Shown one piece after another: positions 20,667 to 30,566 of a stretch of 64,000 nucleotides of DNA. The notes below the pieces were generated by a model, which was not told the origin of the DNA, did no database searches, and saw nothing but the letters and a program-made list of their open reading frames with translations. How positions within the stretch are numbered: the first letter of the stretch is position 1; every line of letters starts with the position of its first letter. The DNA is taken from assembly GCA_052390035.1 (NCBI GenBank), contig JBQTHI010000044.1, positions 6,797 through 70,796 of the forward strand. The letters are read 5' to 3'. A program made the position numbers and the translations under genes. This stretch comes from Actinomycetota bacterium (GTDB lineage: Bacteria; Actinomycetota; Acidimicrobiia; Spongiisociales; ZC4RG35).

Positions 20667-21806
20667 CTAGCCACCCGTCCGGGGAGCCCAGCTGGCAAAC
20701 TCCCCGGCCACCACCGGCTGGCCCCGCGGGCTTCCGACTGTGTACATGATGATGACGCCCCCGCCATCGCGTTCGGCGGGAACGAGGAAGTTCTCGTCAT
20801 CCGGCGACCAGACGGTCAATACCCGGCTGAATTGATCCCAGAATGGGAGGTAGTTCCGCAGCAGGCTCTCGGTGGGTCGGAAAGGTTCATAGTCGGTTTG
20901 AGCACCTTCGTCCCAGACGTGAGGCACAAACATCTGCGCCTCCCGGTCGATGGTTATGAACAGAAGCCGGCGGCGCGTCGGCGACCACTGGAACCCGACC
21001 ACCGGCCCATCGCTGACGGTGACCGGGTCGCCGCCGTCGGCCGAGACGATGCTCAGCCGGGCCGGCGGCTCGGATACGACATCGGTGTAGGCGATCATGC
21101 TCCCGTCACGGGCGGGCGAGAAGAAGCACGGTCCCAGAACCGGTGCCAGGAATTTCGATGCGCCCGAATCGGAGACGATGGCAAGGCCCGGATCGGCCCC
21201 GCCCTGGAGGATCAGGATTCGGCCGTCGGGGAGGAAGGCTGGTGCCTGAAAGGGTCCCGGCACCACATCAATCGCGGTTCGCGCTCCTTCCAGCCCCATG
21301 TAATAAAGGTCAGTCAGGTTGGAATGGACCACGAGGCGCTCGCCATCCGGAGACCAGTCGAGGTAGTAGGGAGTGCCCGCATCGATCAACGCGGTGCTGC
21401 CCTGGGCGACGTCAATGATGCCGAGCGCCACTCCTTCCCCATCCGGCGCGTTGCCGAGATAGGCGATCCGACTGCCATCGGGGTTCCACGAATAGAAGAA
21501 GGGGGCCGTGCCCCCGTCGAGTCGTCGCTGGCTTTCGGCATTCCCCATGGCGATCCTCGAACCCTCGGCGCCGATCTCGGTCCAAACCGCCAGGTCCCCG
21601 TTAGGGGCCCAGATGGCCTGAGTGGTCAGAGTCGACGGATCGGCGATGGCGAGATCGACCCCGGCTCCGGCCGGGTCGACCGCCTTCACCCCGCGTCCTA
21701 CCACCAGAACCGGGGGAAGGGCGGGAGAGGCTGCACAGGAACCGAGCAAAGCTAGGACCGCGGTCAACCGTGACGCCCGATGGCGGCGATTGCTACTCGC
21801 GGACAC
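20667..21806 (-). CDS. TolB-like beta-propeller lipoprotein
   Basis: WD40-like beta-propeller (PD40) repeats are present. The lipobox is ALLGSC. The start is trimmed to a GTG at 21806; the track ORF reaches 21893 and would overlap pfkA. Confidence 0.55.
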   Translation of the reverse strand: MSASSNRRHRASRLTAVLALLGSCAASPALPPVLVVGRGVKAVDPAGAGVDLAIADPSTLTTQAIWAPNGDLAVWTEIGAEGSRIAMGNAESQRRLDGGTAPFFYSWNPDGSRIAYLGNAPDGEGVALGIIDVAQGSTALIDAGTPYYLDWSPDGERLVVHSNLTDLYYMGLEGARTAIDVVPGPFQAPAFLPDGRILILQGGADPGLAIVSDSGASKFLAPVLGPCFFSPARDGSMIAYTDVVSEPPARLSIVSADGGDPVTVSDGPVVGFQWSPTRRRLLFITIDREAQMFVPHVWDEGAQTDYEPFRPTESLLRNYLPFWDQFSRVLTVWSPDDENFLVPAERDGGGVIIMYTVGSPRGQPVVAGEFASWAPRTGG

Positions 21807-21880
21807 GGACTCATGGTACGTCCCGGCGGTTTGGTAACCCGGCCCGATCACATCCGACCTAGCGGCCATTAGCCTCGCAT

Positions 21881-22963
21881 TTGGTGGCTGCACTCGCTGT
21901 CCTCACCTCGGGAGGGGATGCCCCCGGCATGAACCCTGCCATTCGGGCGGTCGCCAAGGTGGCGGCCTCCCGTGGGATCCCGGTATGGGGGGTGGAGATG
22001 GGGTACGAGGGGTTGATCGACGGTCGGTTCCGACCGCTCACCCGCCAGACCTCACGAGGGGCGCTTACCCCCGTGGCCGAGGTGGAGGCGATGGGCAACC
22101 TGGGTGGGACGGTGCTCGGGTCATCGCGCGGATCGCGTTTTCTGACCCTCGAGGGCAGGGCCGAGGCGGTGTCGAAGCTCGAGAAATATTCGATAATGGG
22201 GCTGATCGTGATCGGCGGAAACGGGTCGATGGCCGGCGCTCACGACCTAGCAGGCGAGTGCTCGATAGCGATCGTGGGCATCCCTTCGTCTATCGACAAT
22301 GACATCGGCCTGTCCCGTGAGGCGCTAGGTGTCGATTCAGCGCTGAACACGATCATCGAGGCCTGCGACCGGATTTCCGACACGGCCCGCAGCCACCGGC
22401 GAGCCTTTGTGATCGAGGTGATGGGCCGTCACTCCGGCTATCTCGCCATGGCTTCGGCCGTGGCGGCAGCCGCCGACGGGGTGTTGCTGCCGGAGCAGCG
22501 ACGCAGCCCCGACGAAGTGGTTGAGGCGGTGACCGACTGCATCACCAAGAGCTTCGACCAGGCACGCGACAAGACCCGGGTGCTGATCATCAAGGCGGAG
22601 GGGGTGGGGATACCGACCCATGAGTTGATCGAGCAGGTATCTGCGCGTATCGGTCCAACTGTCGAGTTACGAGGGACAGTTCTCGGCCATTTGGTGCGGG
22701 GTGGCAGTCCCAGTTTCCGTGATCGTTTGCTGGCCGGGAGGTTTGGGCTGGTGGCCGTGGAGGCGGTGATTGCCGGAGTGACCGACCGGATGGTCGGTTG
22801 GAACTTGACCGATCGGGGTGACCCAACCTCCGATAGCTGGATCCGCCTGTTCCCGCTGGCCGATGTGCTGAATGAGACGAAGGCCCTGGTCGACGGTTCG
22901 AGCGAGGTGACCATGGACCGGGTTCGACGAATGGAGGCCATTCAGGGTGTTCTGGCTCTCTAA
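21881..22963 (+). CDS. pfkA: 6-phosphofructokinase (PfkA family)
   Basis: The N-terminus VAALAVLTSGGDAPGMN and the SSIDNDI and MGR motifs are present. The start is TTG 21881 or GTG 21884. The canonical GGDGS motif reads GGNGS here. Confidence 0.8.
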   Translation: MVAALAVLTSGGDAPGMNPAIRAVAKVAASRGIPVWGVEMGYEGLIDGRFRPLTRQTSRGALTPVAEVEAMGNLGGTVLGSSRGSRFLTLEGRAEAVSKLEKYSIMGLIVIGGNGSMAGAHDLAGECSIAIVGIPSSIDNDIGLSREALGVDSALNTIIEACDRISDTARSHRRAFVIEVMGRHSGYLAMASAVAAAADGVLLPEQRRSPDEVVEAVTDCITKSFDQARDKTRVLIIKAEGVGIPTHELIEQVSARIGPTVELRGTVLGHLVRGGSPSFRDRLLAGRFGLVAVEAVIAGVTDRMVGWNLTDRGDPTSDSWIRLFPLADVLNETKALVDGSSEVTMDRVRRMEAIQGVLAL

Positions 22964-24183
22964 TTGAGAACGACCTCAAGCATGGCCTCAGCGGTGCGCA
23001 GGGAGTCCACCACTGTCGGCGGGGCCTCACCCGAGCCAAAAATGAATCCGAGGTAACGATCGGCGTCGGGGACAGGTCGTAGCTCGCTTCCCGGTGATGC
23101 TGTGATCTCGACCGAGTCGACCCCCGGCACCGCCAGCGCCCGGTCGATCCCCACTACCTCCTTGAGCGTTCCTGCTCTTCGAATCGGGAGCATCATCACT
23201 CCACTGGCTTTGGGACTCCTTCGGATCGGGGCACCGATGGGATGGGAACGCCCGACCGCGTGCCGGAGGATCAGCGACTCCAATGAGGTGCCGAGGAGCC
23301 CGAAGCGAAGCGCCCTTCCGCAGAGACCGCCGATCGATCGGGCCGCCACCTCGACCACCCTCACGCGCCCGTCGGTGATCCGCAGCTCGATGTGGACAGG
23401 ACCTTCGGTGAGGCCCACGGCCGACGTGGCCAGGCCGGCGACCCGCTCGACTTCCTCCAGGATCTCGGGGTGAAGGGATGATGGGGTGACATAGATCGCC
23501 TCTTCGAAGTAGGGGCCGTCGAGTGGGTCGGGCTTATCGAAGACGGCCAGCGTCTCGAGATGCCCTCTTCGCAGCATGCCCTCCAGCGTCACCTCCGGGC
23601 CGGGCATGAACGCTTCGATCAATACCGGCTCGCCCGGGCTGCGACCAGCTACCGCATTGATCCGCCGAACCCGCTCGAGTACCGGTTCGAGCCCTTCGGC
23701 ATTGTCAACCTTGATCACTCCCCGGCTCCCGGAAAGGGAGAGGGGCTTGGCCACCAGCGGGTACCCCACCACCTCAGCCAGCGGTGCTGCATCGTCGGTC
23801 CCTCCGACCAACCGGAAGGTGGGCTGGGGAACCTCGACCGCCTCGAGGGCCCGTCGGAGAGCAACCTTGTTGCGGGTGGCAGCCGCCGCCGACGGGGGGT
23901 TGTGCGCCAACCCCAGGCGCTCGGCGGCGAGGGCGGCCAACACCACTCCGGCGTCATCAACAGGAACGATGGCGTCGATTGGTGTTCGGGCGGCGAAATT
24001 CACAATTGTCTCGGCCGCCGCCTCCGGTCGAGCGCAGTCGATGCGAATGAACTTGCCTGTCTCGGTGAGCGGCAGCTCCTCCTCGGCTGCGACCACCACT
24101 TCAATGCCGAGGCCTGAGGCGGCATCGAGGAAGTCGCTGACCCGATAACTGGAGGTGGGGAGGATTAGGAGCACCCGGGGCAT
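22960..24183 (-). CDS. ATP-grasp domain ligase (function unknown)
   Basis: 407 aa. The fold is ATP-grasp (GYPLVAKP...EAFMPG...IELR). It overlaps the pfkA stop by 4 nt. Confidence 0.55.
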   Translation of the reverse strand: MPRVLLILPTSSYRVSDFLDAASGLGIEVVVAAEEELPLTETGKFIRIDCARPEAAAETIVNFAARTPIDAIVPVDDAGVVLAALAAERLGLAHNPPSAAAATRNKVALRRALEAVEVPQPTFRLVGGTDDAAPLAEVVGYPLVAKPLSLSGSRGVIKVDNAEGLEPVLERVRRINAVAGRSPGEPVLIEAFMPGPEVTLEGMLRRGHLETLAVFDKPDPLDGPYFEEAIYVTPSSLHPEILEEVERVAGLATSAVGLTEGPVHIELRITDGRVRVVEVAARSIGGLCGRALRFGLLGTSLESLILRHAVGRSHPIGAPIRRSPKASGVMMLPIRRAGTLKEVVGIDRALAVPGVDSVEITASPGSELRPVPDADRYLGFIFGSGEAPPTVVDSLRTAEAMLEVVLN

Positions 24184-24242
24184 GAATCGAATCGCCAGAA
24201 GTCATCGGCCAGTAAAACAGGTTTAGTCACTAGGCTTGGAGG

Positions 24243-24854
24243 GTGACCGAAAGCGTGCTCACCGTCGGCACAGAGGCCCTGGAGATGATCATCGGCCTCC
24301 GCGATCAGGAACCCTCGGACGAGGGGGAGATCGGGCTGCTGGTTGAAATAACCGGCCTCCACCACGGCCAATTCAGCTATGACCTGGCTTTTGTACCTGT
24401 TCAGGACGCCGGCCGCGATCACCACATTGAGCGCCACGGAGAGTTGACGGTGATCATTCCGAATGAGAGCGTCGGAAACCTCACCGGTGCCAGCGTCAAA
24501 CTCAACGACGAAGGCCTGACGATCGACAACCCCAACTCGCCGAGCCCCGCCATGGCTGCCCACAAGGGCAGCCTGGAGGGTCCCCTGGCCGACCAGATCA
24601 CCCAGGTTCTCCATGAAGATGTGAACCCCAAGATCGCCATGCACGGCGGTCGGGCGGAGTTGGTTTCGGTGGATGGCACCGTCGCCTATCTGAAGATGGG
24701 CGGTGGCTGCCAGGGATGTGGCATGGCACAGGTAACGCTCAAACAAGGCATCGAGCGGATCCTGATGGAGTCGATTCCCGAAATCACCGAGGTCATCGAT
24801 GTCACCGACCACGCCTCGGGTACAGATCCTTATTACCAGCGATCGAAGAAGTAG
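24243..24854 (+). CDS. nfuA: Fe-S cluster carrier NfuA-like (degenerate A-type carrier domain fused to Nfu domain)
   Basis: The C-terminal Nfu domain has the GGGCQGCGMA CxxC motif. The start is GTG 24243 or, better spaced from the GGAGGG RBS, GTG 24255. Confidence 0.65.
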   Translation: MTESVLTVGTEALEMIIGLRDQEPSDEGEIGLLVEITGLHHGQFSYDLAFVPVQDAGRDHHIERHGELTVIIPNESVGNLTGASVKLNDEGLTIDNPNSPSPAMAAHKGSLEGPLADQITQVLHEDVNPKIAMHGGRAELVSVDGTVAYLKMGGGCQGCGMAQVTLKQGIERILMESIPEITEVIDVTDHASGTDPYYQRSKK

Positions 24855-24897
24855 CGCCGAACGGAGTCCCCGGGGACAGGCGGATAGCCTGATCAGG

Positions 24898-27030
24898 ATG
24901 GAACCTGTCCGCCGATGGCGGCGTCTGAGTCGTATGCGTCGCATGGTGTTGTTGGCCGCCGTCTCTCTCCTGACCCTGGCGGCTATTCCGTTGGCACAGG
25001 CCCAGGTAGCGCAGGCCCAACCTCCGGTTCGGATGGAGGCCAAGGTCGGGTTGGCCGGTTATGTGCAGATACAGCGGCCGGTGGAAGTGGCGGTAACCAT
25101 CGAAGCCGACGTTCTCTTTGCCGGATGGCTCGAGGCCAGGACCGGCGACACGGTGGTCAGGGTGGCGGTCGAAGTTCCCGCCGGGGGAGCGAAGACTTAC
25201 GACCTCCGCCTTCCGCCGCCGGTCGGTTCGGTATCGACCCGACTGCGCCTCTTTGATAGGAACGGCTCGGGTCGAGATGGTTCAGGCCCCCTGGCAACCA
25301 CCAACCTTCAGCTCAGAACCGTCGACGGTGAGACCCTGGTGGCAGTGGTGGGGCGGGACGAGCTCGTCAAGACCATCGACAGCGCCGAGGTGGCAGTCAC
25401 TGGTGACCCAGTCGTGGCCGCCGCCATCGACTTGGCTCGCCTCGAGACTGGAGTGGAGCCCGCCAACTATCTGGTGTTAGATCAGCCAGGTGAACTCCCC
25501 GAACCGGTGGTGTTGTGGCTCGACCGAGGAGGACGACTGGTCATCGATCGCCAAGACTCGGGTTCTTTGGGGCTGGCGTTCGGTCGGGTAATTCCTGATG
25601 GCGAGAGGTCCCTCTTGTCATACGGACAAGGCTGGGTGATTGCCGTCCCCGACATCGGCGCACTTGATGTGGTCGGGTGGTCCCAGGTGCTGGTGCCGAC
25701 TCCGATCCAGCTGGCACCCCGCGATGTCTGGCAAAGCCCTGAGCTCCAATTGATGCAGTCGGCAACGAGCGGCGGCGACCAGCGGGTCCCCTCGTTGCCG
25801 TGGTTGCTCGGTGCTCTGGTTGGCTACGCCATCCTGGTCGGCCCCGTCAACTTCCTGATCTTGCGGCGCCTCGGTCGTCGAGAGCTGGCCTGGGTCACGG
25901 TCCCGGCTCTGTCGCTCTTGGCTGTGGTCGGGTTTTGGCTGGCGGGACGTCAGCGGCTCGAGGAGACGATCATCAATCATGCGAGCCTCGTCATATCCGC
26001 CCCGGACCGGAGCGAAGGTCGGACCGCCCTGGTATTAGCGACCGGCTCCGGGGGCGAACGAACGGTGGCCGTACCCGCTGACTGGGAGGCCTACCCGGCG
26101 TCGGTGACGATCGATGGAGGCATGCCGGTGGCATCGGCGTTGGCTGAGTCCGTTGCTCCGGGCGAATTCCGATTCACGCTTGAACAACTCGGATCGGCCG
26201 GCGTGCAGAGTTGGTGGCAGAGCGCAGCGTTTGACCTTCCTCAAGTCCTGCCCTCCGCCTCGGACAATCGGCTAAAGATCGACGTCAACAACCAAACGCC
26301 CCATGAATTTTGGGCATGGGGACTGGTGGGCCGGGGACGGGTCACGGTCGCCCCCCAGGCCCTGGCGCCCGGTGAGGCGGGTGGCGTGTCGGTGTTACCC
26401 GGTCAAAGTGGCGCCAACGAGTTCGGGTCGGTCGGCGACGCCGTCATCAATAGCCGCAATTTGTGGAACGACCCGTTCATTTGGAACAAACTTGGTGCTC
26501 TCTCCTACGCGGCTTCCTCGCTCCTAGCCCAATACGACAGCTACTTCTTCGGTTACACCGACCAGATGTCGGTTTCCGTGATTGTCGATGGGCGCGAGGT
26601 AAAGGCGCCCGGGTCGACTCTCGTGCTGATACCGGTCGACGCCGGCGCCATCTTCGGCTCCCAGGCAGGCAGCGTCACCGCCCACTTAATCAGCACCGGT
26701 GACGCCAGTTGGGTCGACATCGGACCCGGTTATCTGTCGGTTTCAACCCAGCAGATGACTATCGGTTGGGAGGTGCCCCAGGACATTGCGACCGACCCCA
26801 CCCTGGCCGTGTCAAACATGTTCGGCGAGATCCCGCGAGTGCTCGAGGCTTACAATTGGGACGCCGACGCTTATGAGGAGGTCCTCGGGGGCCAGTCCCT
26901 CGACCTCGGCTTGTACCGAAGCCCAGTCGGCCAGGTGCTGGTACGGGCCAGCGCCGGCGACGGCGACGTTGAGGGCCAGTTCATCGAGCAGGCTATGTCA
27001 CCCTACGGCTTCAGTCTGGTCTGGCCGTGA
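24898..27030 (+). CDS. large exported/membrane protein of unknown function (first gene of ABC-2/MoxR operon)
   Basis: ATG 24898 gives a signal peptide (MEPVRRWRRLSRMRRMVLLAAVSLLTLAAIPLAQA). There are two predicted internal TM helices. The stop overlaps the next start (GTGA). Confidence 0.5.
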   Translation: MEPVRRWRRLSRMRRMVLLAAVSLLTLAAIPLAQAQVAQAQPPVRMEAKVGLAGYVQIQRPVEVAVTIEADVLFAGWLEARTGDTVVRVAVEVPAGGAKTYDLRLPPPVGSVSTRLRLFDRNGSGRDGSGPLATTNLQLRTVDGETLVAVVGRDELVKTIDSAEVAVTGDPVVAAAIDLARLETGVEPANYLVLDQPGELPEPVVLWLDRGGRLVIDRQDSGSLGLAFGRVIPDGERSLLSYGQGWVIAVPDIGALDVVGWSQVLVPTPIQLAPRDVWQSPELQLMQSATSGGDQRVPSLPWLLGALVGYAILVGPVNFLILRRLGRRELAWVTVPALSLLAVVGFWLAGRQRLEETIINHASLVISAPDRSEGRTALVLATGSGGERTVAVPADWEAYPASVTIDGGMPVASALAESVAPGEFRFTLEQLGSAGVQSWWQSAAFDLPQVLPSASDNRLKIDVNNQTPHEFWAWGLVGRGRVTVAPQALAPGEAGGVSVLPGQSGANEFGSVGDAVINSRNLWNDPFIWNKLGALSYAASSLLAQYDSYFFGYTDQMSVSVIVDGREVKAPGSTLVLIPVDAGAIFGSQAGSVTAHLISTGDASWVDIGPGYLSVSTQQMTIGWEVPQDIATDPTLAVSNMFGEIPRVLEAYNWDADAYEEVLGGQSLDLGLYRSPVGQVLVRASAGDGDVEGQFIEQAMSPYGFSLVWP

Positions 27031-27968
27031 GCATCGCCACTCTGCAGGGGGTCGAGAAACGTTATGGGCCGGTCCATGCACTGGCTGGGGTCGATCTGGA
27101 GGTGCCCGAAGGATCGGTCTTTGGGTTGATCGGACCCAATGGAGCAGGCAAGACCACCTCGATGTTGCTGATCAGCACCCTCCTATCTCGGGATGCAGGA
27201 GACATGCAGGTATTGGGGGTCGACCCGCAGATTGACCCCCGCGGAGTGCGCCGCCAACTCGGTTACATGCCCGACTTCTTCGGTTTCTACGACCATCTGA
27301 CGGTGGTCGAATATCTCGACTTCTTCGGCGCGGCCTCCGGGGTGCCGGCCGCCAAACGCCCGGCGGTCATAGCCGACTTGCTCAGTCTTGTCGATCTCGA
27401 CGACCGGGCCGGTGCCGACGTCAACAGTTTGTCCCGAGGAATGAAACAACGCCTGTCACTCGCCCGAGCACTGGTCCACGACCCAGCACTGTTGGTTCTC
27501 GATGAGCCCGCTTCGGGCCTCGATCCCCGCGCCAGGGTCCACCTGCGGGAGTTGATCGCCGAGCTCTCCCGGATAGGAAAAACGGTGGTCATCTCCTCAC
27601 ATATCCTCTCCGAGCTGGAAGGCATCTGCACTCACATGGCGGTGGTCGACCAGGGCAAAGTCAAAGCGCAGGGAAACATCGACGAAATCCGTCGCACGAT
27701 GACAGCCAGCCGTCGGATCTCGGCACGGGTTCCCGACGAGCAGGTCGACGGGACCGCCGAGCTGATCGGGGGTCAGCCGTCAGTGAGCGAGGTCGAGGTG
27801 GAGCGGGGTTTGGTGCGCTTCGTCTTGTCCGGCGACGAGTCCGACTCGGCTCGCCTGCTGGCCGTGGTGGTCGCCGGCGGATGGAGGGTCGCCGATTGGC
27901 GCATGGAGGTAGCCGGTCTCGAGGAGCTCTTTTTGCAAATCACCTCCGAAGAGAGTCCCTCCTCATGA
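27027..27968 (+). CDS. ABC transporter ATP-binding protein
   Basis: Walker A GPNGAGKTT, the signature LSRGMKQRLSLARAL and Walker B LLVLDEP are present. Confidence 0.85.
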   Translation: MSIATLQGVEKRYGPVHALAGVDLEVPEGSVFGLIGPNGAGKTTSMLLISTLLSRDAGDMQVLGVDPQIDPRGVRRQLGYMPDFFGFYDHLTVVEYLDFFGAASGVPAAKRPAVIADLLSLVDLDDRAGADVNSLSRGMKQRLSLARALVHDPALLVLDEPASGLDPRARVHLRELIAELSRIGKTVVISSHILSELEGICTHMAVVDQGKVKAQGNIDEIRRTMTASRRISARVPDEQVDGTAELIGGQPSVSEVEVERGLVRFVLSGDESDSARLLAVVVAGGWRVADWRMEVAGLEELFLQITSEESPSS

Positions 27969-28981
27969 TGAATCCGGTCTTGAGGCGGGAACTACTCGAA
28001 CGATTCCGGACCCGCCGGGCCGCCTGGTTCATGTTCGCTTGGACCCTTGGCATCGGTCTGGTGGGGTACGTCACCTACCTGGTCAGCCAACAGTTTGCCA
28101 ACGGCAACTTTGGGATGGGCCGTCTGATCGCCACCGGGTTCATGGGCCGTTTCTTGTTCCAGGGGATGATGATGCTGATGATGAGCGCCGTGATCATGGT
28201 GGTCCCTGGAGTCACGGCCCTGGCCATCGTTTCGGAAAGAGAAAGACAGACCCTTCCGCTGCTCCAGGTCACTCAGCTCTCCAATTACCAGCTGGTGCTG
28301 GGCAAGCTGAGCTCGTCGATGTCCTATTTCCTGCTGTTGCTTTTGGCGGTCGCCCCGGTGATGGCACTGCCGCTGTTGTTTGGGGGGATGAGCTTGCTTG
28401 ATGTGTTGGCGGCCCTGGCCATCATGGTGGCGACGGCGGTCATGCTCGGGAGCGTGGCCTTGGCGATCTCCTCGCGGGCAAAGTCAAGTCGTGGAGCCGT
28501 AGCCGGGAGTTATGGCTTCGCTTTCATCATCGCCTTCTTCACGATCGCCGTGCTGCTCGCCGAGTTTCTGATCGTGCGGCCGGCTGGCGGGGCGCTGGTG
28601 CCACCCCGAGGCCGCGAGGTGTACAGCTCGTGGCTGAACCCCTACGTCGCCATGGTTGATGCCGTCGAGGCGCCCCTGGCGGTGAGCACTGCGTTTCTTC
28701 CCACCCCTTTTGCCCCGATCGACGCCCTGCTCTATGCCCGCCAGGGAGTATCCGGGGGGTTCGGGTTCGGAGGGTTCTTCGGAGGTGAGATCGGCGGCAA
28801 TTTGATAGTCGATGACTCGGGCCGGCAATTGATCCGCATGCGGCGAGGGCCAGTTTGGCTGCGCACTCTGATCATCTACGCGGCCATCAGTGCGTTGGCA
28901 TTGATGCGCGCCGCTCGGGTGTTGCGGGCGCCGGCTACGGCCGCGTTCCGTCTGCGGAGGAGCCGAAGTGTGGCGGCCTGA
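27965..28981 (+). CDS. ABC-2 family permease (NosY/COG1277-like)
   Basis: The start overlaps the upstream stop (ATGATG). It has 6 TM segments and the SERERQTLPLL motif typical of ABC-2 'multi-copper enzyme maturation' permeases. Confidence 0.7.
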   Translation: MMNPVLRRELLERFRTRRAAWFMFAWTLGIGLVGYVTYLVSQQFANGNFGMGRLIATGFMGRFLFQGMMMLMMSAVIMVVPGVTALAIVSERERQTLPLLQVTQLSNYQLVLGKLSSSMSYFLLLLLAVAPVMALPLLFGGMSLLDVLAALAIMVATAVMLGSVALAISSRAKSSRGAVAGSYGFAFIIAFFTIAVLLAEFLIVRPAGGALVPPRGREVYSSWLNPYVAMVDAVEAPLAVSTAFLPTPFAPIDALLYARQGVSGGFGFGGFFGGEIGGNLIVDDSGRQLIRMRRGPVWLRTLIIYAAISALALMRAARVLRAPATAAFRLRRSRSVAA

Positions 28982-30566
28982 ACCGGGCCTTCCGCCGACC
29001 GTGGCGGATCTGATCCGCGCCGCTCGGGCGCGCATGACCTGGTCTGGCTTGGCTCTTCGAGCCGTCACGTTGGTTGGGGTGGCGGCGGCCCTGGCTGCCG
29101 TCCTGGTAGCGGTTGGCCGTTTGGTGGCCCTGCCGTGGACCGAACCGGTTGCAGCCGGGCTCATTGGGGCCGGGGCGATGGCGGCGGTGCTAACGGGTCT
29201 TTTCCGGCCGGTTTCCCCCCAGGCGGCGGCGCTGGCCGTAGATCGTCGCCTGGGCGGATTTGACCGGATTTCGACGGCGCTCGAGCTGTCGAGCGGCGGT
29301 CCGAGCGGAGATCCCGAGGCTCGCCAGGTGGAGGCCGCCCGGGTGTGGGCGCAGAACCGAAGCGTGGCCTCCCTCGGTCGCCTATTTCCCCGCGGGTGGT
29401 TGCCGCGTCTGTCGGTGGGTGCGGTGGCTGCAACCCTCTTGCTGGCCCTGGTGCCTGCGGCCACCGACGTCTTGCTGGCCCGACATCGCGCCGAGCAACA
29501 GCTGATCGAGGAGGAGATCGAGCGGCTTACCGAGCACGCAGAAGAGGCTCCTCCCGAGGTCGCCGAGATGCTCGAACGACTGATCGAGGAGCTGGCCCGG
29601 GCAGAGAGCCTCGACCAGGCCATCTCCTCGCTGGGCGAGGCACGACAACAACTGGCCGAGCTGGCCGACCCGGCCGAGCTGGCTGCCCGCACCGCCTTGG
29701 CCGGCCTGGAACAGCGCCTCGAACAGAACCCGATCGCCGAGGGCGGCTCGGCCTCCGAACAACTGCGAGAACTCGCCCGACAGCTGAACGCGACCTCCCC
29801 GGAGGCAATGGCGGCCGCCGCCGCCGAATTGGCGGCTCGCGCCGGTGACCTGGCTGGTGTGGACCAGGAGCTATCCGATGCCCTGGCTGTAGCCGCTGCC
29901 GCTCTCGAACAGGCCGCTCTCGATCCTGGCGCGCTTGGAACCGCCGCTGTGGCTTTGGGTGAGGCGGCGTCTCAGCTTGATCGAGCGAACGCCGAGGCGG
30001 CCGAGGCAGCGGCCAGGGCTGACGTGCAGGCTCAGGTGAGAGACGCTCAGGCTCGCCTGGCCCAAGCGCGCGACGCCGGGACGGGACAAGCAACCGGAGA
30101 AGGTCAGGGTCAAGGGCAAGGCCAGGGTCAAGGGCAAGGTCAGGGCCAGGGGCAGGGCCAGGGGCAAGGCCAGGGGCAAGGGACTGGTGCAGGGGGCGGT
30201 GGAGGTGGGCAGGGCGCCGGTGGATCGAGCGGAAGCGGCGGCACCCAGGGTGGGACCGGTTCGGGAAGCGTCGGTCACGGCACCGGTGATCACGATCCGG
30301 TGCTCGATCCAGCTCGCAGTCAGATCTTCGACCCAGTTGAACATGGCCTCGGCGACGAGGTCAGGGTTGACCTCGGCCCGGGCAACACTCCCGGCGAGCC
30401 GACCGGCAGCACCAGCGGGCAGGGGGTCGAAAACTTGCCTCTCACCGGCTACGCCGACCGATTCACCCAATACCGCCAGGCGGCGTTGGATTCGCTCGAT
30501 CGTCTGGTTATCCCCACCGACCTCCAGGATCTTGTCCGCCGATATTTCACCGAGTTGGAGCCCTAG
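28968..30566 (+). CDS. membrane-anchored coiled-coil protein with (GQ)13 / Gly-rich low-complexity region
   Basis: GTG 28968 follows a GGAGG RBS. The protein has N-terminal TM helices, a long Ala/Glu/Leu-rich coiled coil, (GQ)13, a Gly-rich segment and a conserved-looking C-terminal 60 aa. Confidence 0.55.
   Translation: MWRPEPGLPPTVADLIRAARARMTWSGLALRAVTLVGVAAALAAVLVAVGRLVALPWTEPVAAGLIGAGAMAAVLTGLFRPVSPQAAALAVDRRLGGFDRISTALELSSGGPSGDPEARQVEAARVWAQNRSVASLGRLFPRGWLPRLSVGAVAATLLLALVPAATDVLLARHRAEQQLIEEEIERLTEHAEEAPPEVAEMLERLIEELARAESLDQAISSLGEARQQLAELADPAELAARTALAGLEQRLEQNPIAEGGSASEQLRELARQLNATSPEAMAAAAAELAARAGDLAGVDQELSDALAVAAAALEQAALDPGALGTAAVALGEAASQLDRANAEAAEAAARADVQAQVRDAQARLAQARDAGTGQATGEGQGQGQGQGQGQGQGQGQGQGQGQGQGTGAGGGGGGQGAGGSSGSGGTQGGTGSGSVGHGTGDHDPVLDPARSQIFDPVEHGLGDEVRVDLGPGNTPGEPTGSTSGQGVENLPLTGYADRFTQYRQAALDSLDRLVIPTDLQDLVRRYFTELEP
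30102..30179 (+). repeat. in-frame hexanucleotide repeat (GGNCAR)x13 encoding (Gly-Gln)13
   Basis: Read directly: ggtcagggtcaagggcaaggccagggtcaagggcaagg... Confidence 0.85.

Noticed and set aside
24184-24242. Possible regulatory palindrome between the divergent ATP-grasp and nfuA-like genes.
   Set aside because: No dyad symmetry of 6 bp or more was found.
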